Source: Gemmatimonadota bacterium (GTDB lineage: Bacteria > Gemmatimonadota > Gemmatimonadetes > Gemmatimonadales > GWC2-71-9). From it: a stretch of 64,000 nucleotides of DNA. Below the pieces are notes generated by a model. The model was not told where the DNA came from and searched no databases. It saw only the letters and a list, made by a program, of their open reading frames with translations. This document shows, piece by piece, positions 52,943-62,763 of this stretch. The DNA lies in contig JBGQKD010000004.1 of the NCBI GenBank assembly GCA_041499375.1, forward strand, positions 1,137-65,136, given 5' to 3'. Each line of letters opens with the position of its first letter. The stretch's first letter is position 1. The translations under genes were made by a program, and so were the position numbers.

Positions 52943-54067
52943 TCAGCGGGGGGCGGGGGGGGCGGCGGTAATCGGAAGCGCCGGAGCGAGACCCGCGGTG
53001 CGAGTGGTGACGGTCCGGGCCAACTCACGCAATGCCATGCCCGCCGGCGAATCGGGCTGACTCACGACGATCGGCTCGCCGCGATCGGCGAGCTCCGCCA
53101 TCCCGGCCTGCAATGGGATCTGGCCCAGGAGCGGCACACCCAGCTCGGCGGCCAGGCGGGTGCCGCCGCCCGCCAGGAAAATGTTGGAGCGCGCATGGCA
53201 GTCGGGACAGACGAAGTAGCTCATGTTCTCGACGATGCCGACCACGCCGACGCCAACACGCTCGAACATCTTGGCGCCGCGCAGCGAATCGCCGACCGCC
53301 ATCTCCTGTGGCGTCGTCACGATCAACGCGCCGTGGAGCCGTACGATCTGCGTGAGGGACAGCTGCGCGTCGCCGGTCCCCGGCGGCAGGTCGACGAGAA
53401 GATAATCCAGCTCGCCCCACGCGACGTCGTGCATGAACTGCGTGATGATCTTCATGATGATGGGGCCGCGCCAGATCGCCGGCGCATCGCGCTCCACGAT
53501 GAACCCGAGCGACATCAGCTTCACGCCGTGCGCCTCGAGCGGCTGAATCTTGCCGCCCTGCACTTCGGGTTTCCCGGTGACGCCGAACATGCGCGGGATG
53601 TTGGGCCCATAGATGTCCGCGTCCATCAGTCCGACGCGGTGCCCGTCGCGGGCCAGTGCCGCGGCGAGGTTCGCGGACACGGTCGACTTCCCGACGCCGC
53701 CCTTGCCGCTCGAGATCGCCAGCACCTTGCCGAGCGCCGGCATCTCATTCGGTGTGGGCGGCGCCGGAGGCGCGGCGGCCGGACGGCCGGACGGCCGGGC
53801 AGCCGGCTGCGAAGTCTCGTCCGCCGAATCCACCACGTTCATCTTGACGGCGGTCACGCCCGGGACGCCTTCTACCGCTTTGCGCGCCTGGCGCGCGAGC
53901 GAACCCGGATCCTCGCGGGTCAGTACAAACGTGAAGCTGACCCCGCCCGCCGCGTCGACGGCCATGTCTTTCACCATCCCGGCGGACACGATATCGCGGC
54001 CCAGGCGTGGGTTCGTGATGCCGCCCAACGCCCGCTCGACGCTCGCTTTGATTCCTGGTTCGCTCAC
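52943..54067 (-). CDS. apbC: Mrp/ApbC iron-sulfur cluster carrier ATPase
   Basis: Only the C-terminal 374 aa of ORF 52943..54952 are real. N-terminal DUF59-like domain, SGKGGVGKST P-loop, CPDC motif. GTG 54067 overlaps the upstream stop (GTGA). Confidence 0.92.
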   Translation of the reverse strand: MSEPGIKASVERALGGITNPRLGRDIVSAGMVKDMAVDAAGGVSFTFVLTREDPGSLARQARKAVEGVPGVTAVKMNVVDSADETSQPAARPSGRPAAAPPAPPTPNEMPALGKVLAISSGKGGVGKSTVSANLAAALARDGHRVGLMDADIYGPNIPRMFGVTGKPEVQGGKIQPLEAHGVKLMSLGFIVERDAPAIWRGPIIMKIITQFMHDVAWGELDYLLVDLPPGTGDAQLSLTQIVRLHGALIVTTPQEMAVGDSLRGAKMFERVGVGVVGIVENMSYFVCPDCHARSNIFLAGGGTRLAAELGVPLLGQIPLQAGMAELADRGEPIVVSQPDSPAGMALRELARTVTTRTAGLAPALPITAAPPAPR

Positions 54068-55095
54068 GTCGATTGGCCGTTTCCCAGGAACGTTCGTGCG
54101 GCGCCGAGGACTCTCTCTTCGACTTCCGCCATCGTGCCTTCCAGCGATGCGCCGGCGGCGCGATGATGACCGCCGCCCCCGAACTGATTGGCCAGTGCCG
54201 CGACGTCTACCTCGCCCATCGATCGGAACGAGACCTTGATGCGGCCGTTGCCGATGTGGCGGAAGAGCAACGCCATGCGAACGCCGGCGATCGATCGCGG
54301 AAACTCGACGATGCCGTCGAGGTCGTCCGCGGTCACTTCGTGGCGGCGCAGCGCGTCGGTCGGCACGCTGACCCACGCCAGCCCAACCTCCGGCTCCACC
54401 ACCAGCGTCTGCAGCACTTCCGCGAGCAGCCGCACGCGACCTTCTGGAGCACTGGCGTAGACCGACGCATAGATCGACTCGGGGTCGACGCCCTTCTCGA
54501 GCAGGGCCGCGGCGACGCGCAGCGCGCGGGCCGTCGTGTTCGAGAAGCGGAAGCCTCCCGTATCGGTGAGCAGCCCGACATACAATGCTTGCGCGACCTC
54601 GGGCGTCAGCGGCCACCCGGCCACGTTTGCCAAATCGAATACTAGCTCGGCGGTGGCGGTCGCTTCCGGCGCGATGAGACAGGGGCCCAGGGAGGGGGGC
54701 AGTTTCACCGGGCCGACATGATGATCGATACAGACGAGGGGCGGCTGTCGTTTGTGGATCACCGCCGCCAGGTTGCCGAGCCTGCTCAAGTCCCCGATGT
54801 CCAGCGAGGCGACGAGATCGGCGCGCTCGATCTCGCGGACCGCCCGTTCGCTCGCATCGGCGCCGTCGGGAACGAGGAAGTGGAAACGCCCGGGGATTTC
54901 CGTGGGATTCGCGATGGTCACCGAGACACCGCGTGCGCGCAGGAGATACCACAACGCGATCTCGCTGCCGACGCCGTCGCCGTCGGCGTTGACATGCGTC
55001 GTCAACACGACGTGACGGGCGCCCGTGAGCGCCGCGGCTACATCGCGCGCCGCTTGCGCGCGGTGCGGCGGAACGGGAACGCCGTTCGAATTCAT
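54064..55095 (-). CDS. nrnA: DHH/DHHA1 phosphoesterase (NrnA-like)
   Basis: HVNADGDGVGS, IDHH, GGGHHRAAG. Confidence 0.85.
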   Translation of the reverse strand: MNSNGVPVPPHRAQAARDVAAALTGARHVVLTTHVNADGDGVGSEIALWYLLRARGVSVTIANPTEIPGRFHFLVPDGADASERAVREIERADLVASLDIGDLSRLGNLAAVIHKRQPPLVCIDHHVGPVKLPPSLGPCLIAPEATATAELVFDLANVAGWPLTPEVAQALYVGLLTDTGGFRFSNTTARALRVAAALLEKGVDPESIYASVYASAPEGRVRLLAEVLQTLVVEPEVGLAWVSVPTDALRRHEVTADDLDGIVEFPRSIAGVRMALLFRHIGNGRIKVSFRSMGEVDVAALANQFGGGGHHRAAGASLEGTMAEVEERVLGAARTFLGNGQST

Positions 55096-55180
55096 TTTGG
55101 GGAAGATAATCGCCTCGTACCCGGCGCCGATCTAGCTCCTTGGGACGTGTTCTCGACCGGCGCCGGTATTGCTGATCTGT

Positions 55181-56752
55181 CTACCGCGGCGGCTGGCCTC
55201 GCATCCCCCCACCCCCACCCCCACCCCCACCCATACGTGGGGCGCTCGGCCCACCGCCCGCTCCCCCCGCCAGCTCTTTCTGCAGGCGGCTGTGCTTCCG
55301 GCTATAGCCGAAATAGATCCCGAAGCCGATGAGCAGCCACACGATCAACCGAATCCACGTGTCGCCGGGCAATGTCGCCATAAGACCCAAGCAGCACAGG
55401 ACTCCCATGATAGGCACGAACGGCACCCACGGCGTGCGGAACGGCCGGTCGAGATCGGGCCGCTTTTTGCGCAGCACCATGACGCCCGCGCAGACGAGGA
55501 CGAACGCGAGCAGCGTGCCGATGTTCACGAGCTGGCCGAGCAGCTGCAGTGGCAGCAGTCCCGTGGCGAAGCTCACCGCGATGCCGGTGAAAATCGTGGA
55601 GAGGTAGGGCGTGCGGTATTTCGGATGGACCGCGCCGGCCCATTTCCCCAGCAAGCCGTCGCGCGACATCGAGTAGAACACGCGCGATTGACCCAGGAGC
55701 ATCACGAGAATCACGGACGCGAGGCCGAGCACGGCGCCGACGTCGATCGAGATCCGAACCCAGTGGGGCGCGCCCACTTTTTCCATCGCGTACGCGACCG
55801 GCGCGGGCAGGTTCAATTCGCTGTACGGCACCATTCCGACGAGAATCGCCGACACGACGATGTAGAGAATCGTACAGATCGCCAGCGATCCCAGAATGCC
55901 GATGGGCATGTCCTTTTGCGGATTGCGCGCTTCCTGCGCGGCGGTGGATACGGCGTCGAATCCGATGTAGGCGAAGAAGACGAGCCCGGCGCCGCGTAAC
56001 ACGCCGGAGATACCGTACGTGCCCCACTCGCCCGCGTTCGGCACGATGAACGGCTTGTAGTTCGCGGGATTGATGTGTCCGAGGCCCACCGCGACGATCA
56101 GGAGAATGATCGTGACCTTGAGGATCACGATGATGTTGTTGACGCTCGCCGACTCCTTGATGCCGATCACGAGGATCGTGGACATCAGGACGACGATGAA
56201 GACTGCCGGGAGGTTGACCCACGCGCCCGTGAAGTTGAGCCCCGTGTGGCCACATCCCGCCACCGCCTGTTGTACCTGAAGACCGGTGCACCACTGCGTG
56301 GGTGATGCCGCGAGATGGGGAGGAATCGCAATGCCGAACTGGCTGAGCAACGAAACGAGGTGGCCCGACCAACCCACTCCCACCGTCGCCGCGCCGGCCG
56401 CATACTCGAGGACGAGGTCCCACCCGATGATCCACGCGATGAACTCACCCATCGTAGCATACGAGTAGGTGTACGCGCTGCCGGCGACCGGCACCGCCGA
56501 CGCCATCTCCGCATAGCACAGTCCCGCGAAGGCGCAGGCGATGCCGACGAGCGCCATCGAGACCGGGACGGCGGGTCCGGCGTGCAGCGCCGCGGCCTGG
56601 CCGGTGAGCACGAAGATGCCCGCGCCAATGATGGCGCCGATGCCCAGCGTGATCAGGTTGAGCGGGGTGAGCGCCCGTTTCAGCTGGTGCTCGCCCGCCT
56701 CGTCGGCCTCGGCGCGGAGTTGGGCGATGGGTTTCGTAGCCCACAGGTTCAT
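55181..56752 (-). CDS. APC-superfamily amino acid permease with Gly-rich C-terminal tail
   Basis: LITLGIGAIIGAGIFVLTG, 12-14 TM. The tail ..PRMGGGGGGGGMRGQPPR is encoded by the hexanucleotide repeat. Confidence 0.92.
   Translation of the reverse strand: MNLWATKPIAQLRAEADEAGEHQLKRALTPLNLITLGIGAIIGAGIFVLTGQAAALHAGPAVPVSMALVGIACAFAGLCYAEMASAVPVAGSAYTYSYATMGEFIAWIIGWDLVLEYAAGAATVGVGWSGHLVSLLSQFGIAIPPHLAASPTQWCTGLQVQQAVAGCGHTGLNFTGAWVNLPAVFIVVLMSTILVIGIKESASVNNIIVILKVTIILLIVAVGLGHINPANYKPFIVPNAGEWGTYGISGVLRGAGLVFFAYIGFDAVSTAAQEARNPQKDMPIGILGSLAICTILYIVVSAILVGMVPYSELNLPAPVAYAMEKVGAPHWVRISIDVGAVLGLASVILVMLLGQSRVFYSMSRDGLLGKWAGAVHPKYRTPYLSTIFTGIAVSFATGLLPLQLLGQLVNIGTLLAFVLVCAGVMVLRKKRPDLDRPFRTPWVPFVPIMGVLCCLGLMATLPGDTWIRLIVWLLIGFGIYFGYSRKHSRLQKELAGGAGGGPSAPRMGGGGGGGGGMRGQPPR
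55205..55232 (-). repeat. (GGGGGT)n hexanucleotide repeat on the coding strand; G-quadruplex-type motif
   Basis: Plus strand reads CCCCCC-A-CCCCC-A-CCCCC-A-CCCCC-A-CCC. It lies inside the last 20 codons of the permease gene. Confidence 0.9.
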
Positions 56753-56878
56753 GCGGACTCCAGTTGCGAGAAGTGACGAATCGACGGCACGGACCGACCC
56801 AAGGTTCGCCCGGGCCGGCGATCTGTCAATAGAGACGCAGGTTAGCGTTGAATGATCAGTACGAAACCCGAAGCAGTA

Positions 56879-58336
56879 CTACAGGCTGTAGTTCGGCGCC
56901 TCGCGCGTGATCACCACATCGTGCGGGTGCGATTCACGCAGCCCCGCAGTCGTGATCCGGATGAACTCGGTTTCGGTCCGCAGCGCAGCGATATCGCACA
57001 CCCCGCAATACCCCATTCCGCTCCGCAGCCCGCCGACCATCTGGTACACCACGTCGGCGACCGGCCCCCGATACGGGACCCGCCCTTCGATCCCCTCCGG
57101 GACGAGCTTCTGCATCGAGACTTCGCCTTCCTGGAAGTAGCGGTCCGCCGATCCCTCCTCCATCGCCGACAGGCTGCCCATCCCGCGGATCACCTTGAAG
57201 CGCCGCCCCTCGAGCAGGAACGATTCGCCCGGACTCTCCTCGGTGCCCGCCAGCATCGAGCCCATCATGACGCTCTCGGCGCCCGCGGCGAGCGCCTTCA
57301 CCGCGTCACCGGAGTACTTGATGCCGCCGTCGGCAATCACGGGGATGTCGCCCGCGCCCCGCACGGCATCGACGATGGCGGTGATCTGCGGGACGCCGAT
57401 CCCGGTCACGACCCGGGTCGTGCAGATCGACCCCGGCCCCACGCCGACTTTCACGGCATCGACGCCGCGCTCGACCAGAGCGCGGGCGCCGGCTTCGGTC
57501 GCGATGTTGCCGGCGACCAGCTGCGCGTCGGGGAAGACGTCGCGCAGACAGGCGACCGTGTCCAGCACGCCCTGGCTGTGGCCGTGCGCCGAGTCGATCA
57601 CGATTACGTCGCACCCGGCGTCGACCAGCGCCTGGGCGCGCGCGCGCGCGTCCGGCGTCCCGCCGACGGCCGCGGCGACGCGCAACCGGCCGTGCTGGTC
57701 TTTATTGGCGTCCGGGTATTGGCGACGCTTGAAGATGTCCTTGATGGTGATGAGACCCTTCAGCAAGCCCTGCTTGTCCACGACCGGCAGTTTCTCGATG
57801 CGATGTTTCGCGAGAATGCGCTCGGCCTCGTCGAGGGTCGTGCCGATGGGCGCGGTCACGAGCTTGTCCTTCGTCATCACGTCGCGAATCGGCCGGTCGA
57901 GCTCGCGCTCGAACTGCAAATCGCGATTCGTGATGATGCCGACCAGTTTCCCCGCGCCGTCGACGATCGGCACGCCCGAGATCTTGAAGCGCACCATCAG
58001 CTGCTGCGCTTCCCGCAGCGGGCGGTCGGGTCCCAGCGTGATCGGGTTCATGATCATTCCCGATTCGCTGCGCTTCACCCGGTCGACCTCGGCCGCCTGC
58101 CGGTCGATCGGCATGTTCTTGTGGATGACGCCAATCCCGCCCAGACGCGCCATGGCCATCGCCATCTCCGCTTCGGTCACGGTATCCATGGCCGCGGAAA
58201 CGATCGGGATGTTCAGGGGAATGGCGCGAGTGAAGCGGCTGGCCACGGCGACGTTGCGGGGATGCACCGTCGAGTGACGGGGCACGAGCAGGACGTCGTC
58301 AAAGGTGAGGGCGACATCGGGTCGGAAGGTTCCCAT
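56879..58336 (-). CDS. guaB: IMP dehydrogenase
   Basis: TFDDVLLVP, two CBS domains, [11 protein letters not shown] catalytic loop. Confidence 0.97.
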   Translation of the reverse strand: MGTFRPDVALTFDDVLLVPRHSTVHPRNVAVASRFTRAIPLNIPIVSAAMDTVTEAEMAMAMARLGGIGVIHKNMPIDRQAAEVDRVKRSESGMIMNPITLGPDRPLREAQQLMVRFKISGVPIVDGAGKLVGIITNRDLQFERELDRPIRDVMTKDKLVTAPIGTTLDEAERILAKHRIEKLPVVDKQGLLKGLITIKDIFKRRQYPDANKDQHGRLRVAAAVGGTPDARARAQALVDAGCDVIVIDSAHGHSQGVLDTVACLRDVFPDAQLVAGNIATEAGARALVERGVDAVKVGVGPGSICTTRVVTGIGVPQITAIVDAVRGAGDIPVIADGGIKYSGDAVKALAAGAESVMMGSMLAGTEESPGESFLLEGRRFKVIRGMGSLSAMEEGSADRYFQEGEVSMQKLVPEGIEGRVPYRGPVADVVYQMVGGLRSGMGYCGVCDIAALRTETEFIRITTAGLRESHPHDVVITREAPNYSL

Positions 58337-58344
58337 CTCGGAAG

Positions 58345-58701
58345 TTACTGGGGGGGCTTCGTTTCCTCAACCTGTTTTTCGGGAGCGGGAGCCGGAGCCG
58401 GCGCGGCAGCCTGTTTCCTGGCCTCCTCAACGGCGGCTTTCCCGGCCGCGGCCAGGCCCTCGAAGAACCGGCCGGCCTTTCCGACCGCATCCATCGTTCC
58501 CCGAATGATCGTGATCGGCACGCGTCCAGCGCGCATCGTGTCTTCCAGTGTTTCCGCGACCTTCTGGAAGGCGGGAGCGCCGGCCGCCCGTTGCGAGTAC
58601 TTCGATTCGAGGAATTCGATATAGTCGAGCACCTGGTAGGCCTGCTCGTCCGGCATCACTTCGAGCTTACGCCGGATGCGCTCATTCAGTAGGTCGTTCA
58701 C
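58345..58701 (-). CDS. hypothetical protein (DUF2281-like N-terminus, Ala/Pro-rich tail)
   Basis: 118 aa; [27 protein letters not shown] overlap with the upstream gene. Confidence 0.5.
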   Translation of the reverse strand: MNDLLNERIRRKLEVMPDEQAYQVLDYIEFLESKYSQRAAGAPAFQKVAETLEDTMRAGRVPITIIRGTMDAVGKAGRFFEGLAAAGKAAVEEARKQAAAPAPAPAPEKQVEETKPPQ

Positions 58702-59759
58702 GGGGTTACGCCTCCCTCCAACGAAATCAGGTCCACGACCGGGTTGCCGAGATAGCGGCTGCGGCCGTTTCGCACCCGCGCCGTGATCGTCATCGTGACG
58801 AGCGGCGTGAGCGCGCGGAATGCGGGCAGTTTGGTATCGGAAACGACGACGTACACGAAACCCCGTTCGGGCAGCGGTCCGCGCGCGAGCACGTACGAAG
58901 CACCGCTGGGAATGTCGGGCCGCAAGTCATCGGCTTTCTGGATAGCGATGAATTCGAGATTCCAGCGGAGCACCTGCCCCGCGTAGCGCTGCGGCTCGGC
59001 GCGCAGCTCGGCGGCGGTGACTCCCACCAGCACCCCGGCGGGCGCGGCCTGCAGATCGCCGCCTTTGACCCAGCCCTCGAACTGCACGCGGGTCCACTCG
59101 CCGTTGCGGCTCAGGACGCGGAGCGGCGTATCGGTCGCCACGGTGCCGGCTTCGGGGCCGTCCGGTGCGCGGTACAGCGTTGTCATGCGCACCGGTTGCG
59201 CGCGGGTGCTGTCGACGCGCGTCGTGTCGGCGCCGGGGCGTGGCGCCGGCGTGGGTCTACCCTTGCTCGTGTCTGCGGCGCTGTCGCCAGGGTCCACTGT
59301 CCGCGTGGCCACAATGTCGGCGAGGGGTGTGAGCGCGCTGCGCTGCACCCAGCCGATACGTGTTACATGCACCCACTGGCCGCCGCTGTCGGGCGATGCG
59401 CGCTTGAGTCCGAATCCCTGCGAGAGCTCGGCGACCAACGGTCCCGCCGGCGCGGCGCGGAGGTTTTCGTTGGGCGAGCGGGTCACCAGCAAGTCGAAGT
59501 CGGGCCGATCGCTCGGGCCGACGGACGAGGAGAAGATCCAGCCTTCGAGCAAGACCTGCATCCAGTCGTTGCGAGTTGCGCCGCCAGGCAGGGTGGCGCC
59601 CCGCGCGAGCCGCGCGATGCGCCGGCCCGCAACGTCCTGATAGAACCACGCATTATCGACGTTGACGCGATACCGGTTGCCGCCCTGGGAAGCCGCGACC
59701 TGCGGCGTCGCAAGCCCCAGAAGCGCTAGTAGCACGGGAGTGATCTGGCTAACTTGCAT
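58698..59759 (-). CDS. hypothetical exported protein (possible SH3b-like repeats)
   Basis: Trimmed to ATG 59759, giving signal peptide MQVSQITPVLLALLGLATPQVAA. No confident family. Confidence 0.6.
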   Translation of the reverse strand: MQVSQITPVLLALLGLATPQVAASQGGNRYRVNVDNAWFYQDVAGRRIARLARGATLPGGATRNDWMQVLLEGWIFSSSVGPSDRPDFDLLVTRSPNENLRAAPAGPLVAELSQGFGLKRASPDSGGQWVHVTRIGWVQRSALTPLADIVATRTVDPGDSAADTSKGRPTPAPRPGADTTRVDSTRAQPVRMTTLYRAPDGPEAGTVATDTPLRVLSRNGEWTRVQFEGWVKGGDLQAAPAGVLVGVTAAELRAEPQRYAGQVLRWNLEFIAIQKADDLRPDIPSGASYVLARGPLPERGFVYVVVSDTKLPAFRALTPLVTMTITARVRNGRSRYLGNPVVDLISLEGGVTP

Positions 59760-59769
59760 CCCCTTCAAT

Positions 59770-61338
59770 ATGACAACGACCCGCAGCATGCGCGCCCCCC
59801 CTCCGGTGGTCCTCGTCGTGCTCGATGGGTGGGGTTTCCGACCGGGCCGCGACGGCAACGCCATCGAGCTCGGTCAGACGCCGGTGTGGCACAAGCTGTG
59901 GGACCGCGCGTCGCGCACGCTGCTCGAGGCATCCGGTCTCGCCGTCGGTCTTCCCGAGGGACAGATCGGCAACAGCGAAGTCGGCCATCTGAATCTCGGC
60001 GCCGGCCGAGTCGTGCCTCAAGACCTCGTCCGCATTTCACAGTCCATCGAGTCTGGGGAGTTCTTCCGTATTCCGGCGTTGCTGCAGCTGGTCGAGGATA
60101 CACGTCGGCACGACGGCACGTTGCATGTCATGGGACTAATTGGAACCGGCGGCGTACACGCGCTGGACAAGCACTTGCTCGCCGCCGTCGAAATGGGCCG
60201 TAAGGCTGGAGTGCCGGTCGCGATTCACGCCTGGCTCGACGGTAGAGACACGCCGCCGAAGTCTGGTCTCGCGTTCATGGAGGAGTTGCTCAGGGCGGTC
60301 GAACGGCCGGACGGCCGGACGGCCATCTCCACGGTCGTCGGACGCTATTACGCGATGGACCGCGACAAGCGGTGGGAGCGCACCAAGCTGGCGTACGACG
60401 CGATGGTGAAAGGCGTCGGGATTCAGGTCCCCGACCCCATCACCGCGATCCAACAGGCGTACGCTGCCGGCGAGACCGACGAGTTCGTCAAGCCCCGCGT
60501 CATCACCGGTGCGCCGCTCATTCGCGACGGCGACGGAATCTTCTGTTTCAACTACCGCGCCGACCGCATGCGCCAGATCGTGCGGGCGCTGGCCAGTCCG
60601 GATTTCGACGGGTTCGACGTCACCGGCCGGCCCGCGGTGCGGCTCGTGACGATGACGCGCTACGACGAGAGGTTGCCCTTCCCCGCCGCATTCGAGCCGA
60701 TCGTACTATCACGCATCGTCGCGGAGGTGCTCTCGGACCACGGCAAGACGATGTTCCGCACCGCCGAGACGGAGAAATACGCGCACGTCACGTATTTCTT
60801 TAACGGCGGCTACGAGCCGCCCTACAAGGGAGAGGAGCGCTTGCTCGTCCCGTCGCAGAAAGTCGCGACCTACGACTTGATGCCGGAGATGAGCGCGCCG
60901 GGCGTGACCGACGTGCTGTGCAATGCAATTGCGGGGAAACAACACGATTTCATTCTGTGTAACTACGCCAATGGCGATATGGTCGGGCACTCCGGGGTTC
61001 TGGCGGCGGCGGTCAAGGCGGTCGAGACGGTCGACCAGTGTCTCGCGCGGGTTCTCACCACGGCCGATTCGGCCGGCGCCACCGTTCTGGTGACCGCGGA
61101 TCACGGCAACTGCGAGCTGATGATCGACCCCGCCACGGGCGGCCCGCACACCGCGCACACCACGAACCCCGTTCCATTGGTCATGGTGGGCGACGGTGCC
61201 CCCAAGCGACATTTGCGTACCGGTGGCTCGCTTCGCGACGTCGGACCAACGATCTTGCAGCTCATGGGTATTGAGCCGCCAAAGGAAATGACGGGACGGG
61301 ATCTCAGGGACGTATCAATGAAAGAGGCTAAGGACTAA
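59770..61338 (+). CDS. gpmI: 2,3-bisphosphoglycerate-independent phosphoglycerate mutase
   Basis: Trimmed to ATG 59770. VVLVVLDGWG, GNSEVGHLNLGAGR, ADHGN. Confidence 0.95.
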   Translation: MTTTRSMRAPPPVVLVVLDGWGFRPGRDGNAIELGQTPVWHKLWDRASRTLLEASGLAVGLPEGQIGNSEVGHLNLGAGRVVPQDLVRISQSIESGEFFRIPALLQLVEDTRRHDGTLHVMGLIGTGGVHALDKHLLAAVEMGRKAGVPVAIHAWLDGRDTPPKSGLAFMEELLRAVERPDGRTAISTVVGRYYAMDRDKRWERTKLAYDAMVKGVGIQVPDPITAIQQAYAAGETDEFVKPRVITGAPLIRDGDGIFCFNYRADRMRQIVRALASPDFDGFDVTGRPAVRLVTMTRYDERLPFPAAFEPIVLSRIVAEVLSDHGKTMFRTAETEKYAHVTYFFNGGYEPPYKGEERLLVPSQKVATYDLMPEMSAPGVTDVLCNAIAGKQHDFILCNYANGDMVGHSGVLAAAVKAVETVDQCLARVLTTADSAGATVLVTADHGNCELMIDPATGGPHTAHTTNPVPLVMVGDGAPKRHLRTGGSLRDVGPTILQLMGIEPPKEMTGRDLRDVSMKEAKD

Positions 61339-61339
61339 G

Positions 61340-62068
61340 ATGAGTAAGAGGCTAAGAGTGCTTCGAGGTCTGAGTGCATTTGTTTTTCTTTGTCTCTTAC
61401 TCTCATACCACTTAGCCTCTGCGCAGGTCGGCCATGACCCCGAGCACCCGCCCTACCGCGACATCCTCCTGCATTCGGGGCCGGTGTTCTTTGTCGGCCA
61501 CCTGGGCGCGGACCGTGGGGTCGCGGGCGCCGGCACGAGCAATGCCCTCACGTTCGGTGCGCGCTACGAGATCCCGGCCGGCCACACGCTCCACTTCCAG
61601 TTTACCGGCGCCTACCTCCATGGCGACCGGTTCATCATCAATCCCCGCGCCGATTCCTCATCCCCCGCTCGGCGCACCGGGCCGTTTACGTCCGATCTCG
61701 CGTCGGTGGACGTCGGGATGCAGCTGCGGCTCTCGGGGGGAAAGACATGGCACGGGATCGCTCCCTACGTGGGGACCGGGCTCGGGCTGGTTTTTGACGT
61801 GAATTCGCCGGGGGACACGACGACGAGCGGCTACCACTTCGGCACCAAGCTGACGCCCGCGTTTTCGACCGGCGTGCGCTGGTATCCCGCCCGCCGCGTG
61901 TTGGTCAACGTCGACATCCGCGCGCAGCTCTGGCGGCTCAAGTACCCGCTTTCCTTCCACGATATCCAGCAGGCTTCTGACCATTCGACGGTGTTGCCTC
62001 TAACCCAATCGCTCAACGATTGGACGCTCCATCCCTGGATCAGTCTTGGCATTGGATGGATTTTCTAG
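61340..62068 (+). CDS. hypothetical small outer-membrane beta-barrel protein
   Basis: Signal peptide ..LLSYHLASAQ, alternating aromatic/hydrophobic strands, C-terminal GIGWIF. Confidence 0.6.
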   Translation: MSKRLRVLRGLSAFVFLCLLLSYHLASAQVGHDPEHPPYRDILLHSGPVFFVGHLGADRGVAGAGTSNALTFGARYEIPAGHTLHFQFTGAYLHGDRFIINPRADSSSPARRTGPFTSDLASVDVGMQLRLSGGKTWHGIAPYVGTGLGLVFDVNSPGDTTTSGYHFGTKLTPAFSTGVRWYPARRVLVNVDIRAQLWRLKYPLSFHDIQQASDHSTVLPLTQSLNDWTLHPWISLGIGWIF

Positions 62069-62763
62069 GCGAAGGCTTCCGGCGGGCGTGGGGACTACTC
62101 GTTGCGGGTGATTCCGAGGTTTACGGGATCGCTCTTCTCACTCTCAAAGTTGCGGTCGTTGCGACAGTCATCTCCTGCACCGTGGGGCTGCCGCTCGGCT
62201 ACTTCCTCGCCACGCGACGCTTCTGGGGACGACGCGCCGCGCTGACGATGGTCAACACCGCACTCGCCTTCCCGACCGTGGTCGTCGGCCTGCTGCTCTA
62301 CGGCCTGCTCTCACGACGCGGCCCGCTGGGTGGCCTGGGGTGGCTCTATACCTGGCAGGCGATCGTCGTCGGGGACGTGCTGCTGGCGTTGCCGATCGCC
62401 GCGGCGCTGTCGGCCGCCGCCATTCAAGGCGTCGATCCACGCATCCGCCGCACCGCCGAGACGCTGGGGGCGGGATCGTGGCGGACAGCCTGGACAGTGG
62501 CGCGCGAAGCGCGCTTCGCGCTCGCCGCCGTCATTACCGCGGCCTTCGGCCAGGTCGTCGCCGAAATCGGCGCGGCGATGATCGTCGGCGGCAACATCCG
62601 CGGCTCCACGCGCACGCTGACCACCGCCGTCGCGCTCTACACCGCGCAAGGCGACTTCGGCCTGGCGCTCGCGCTCGGCCTGGTGCTGTTGCTGCTGGCG
62701 CTCGTCGTGAACATTGCCTTGCAAGTGCTGCAGGGACGCGGGGAGGGCGGGGGCCATGCTTGA
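62056..62763 (+). CDS. ABC importer permease, tungstate/molybdate (TupB-like) type
   Basis: Trimmed to ATG 62056. EAA-like loop RIRRTAETLGAG and VAEIGAAMIVGGNIRG. Confidence 0.85.
   Translation: MDFLGEGFRRAWGLLVAGDSEVYGIALLTLKVAVVATVISCTVGLPLGYFLATRRFWGRRAALTMVNTALAFPTVVVGLLLYGLLSRRGPLGGLGWLYTWQAIVVGDVLLALPIAAALSAAAIQGVDPRIRRTAETLGAGSWRTAWTVAREARFALAAVITAAFGQVVAEIGAAMIVGGNIRGSTRTLTTAVALYTAQGDFGLALALGLVLLLLALVVNIALQVLQGRGEGGGHA

Noticed and set aside
52941-53028. Possible frameshift fusion of ApbC to the downstream helical-repeat protein through the C/G homopolymers.
   Set aside because: The fused product would place a signal-peptide-like segment in the middle of a cytoplasmic ATPase. The open upstream frame is most simply a GC artefact. 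I kept only a low-interest note on the tracts.
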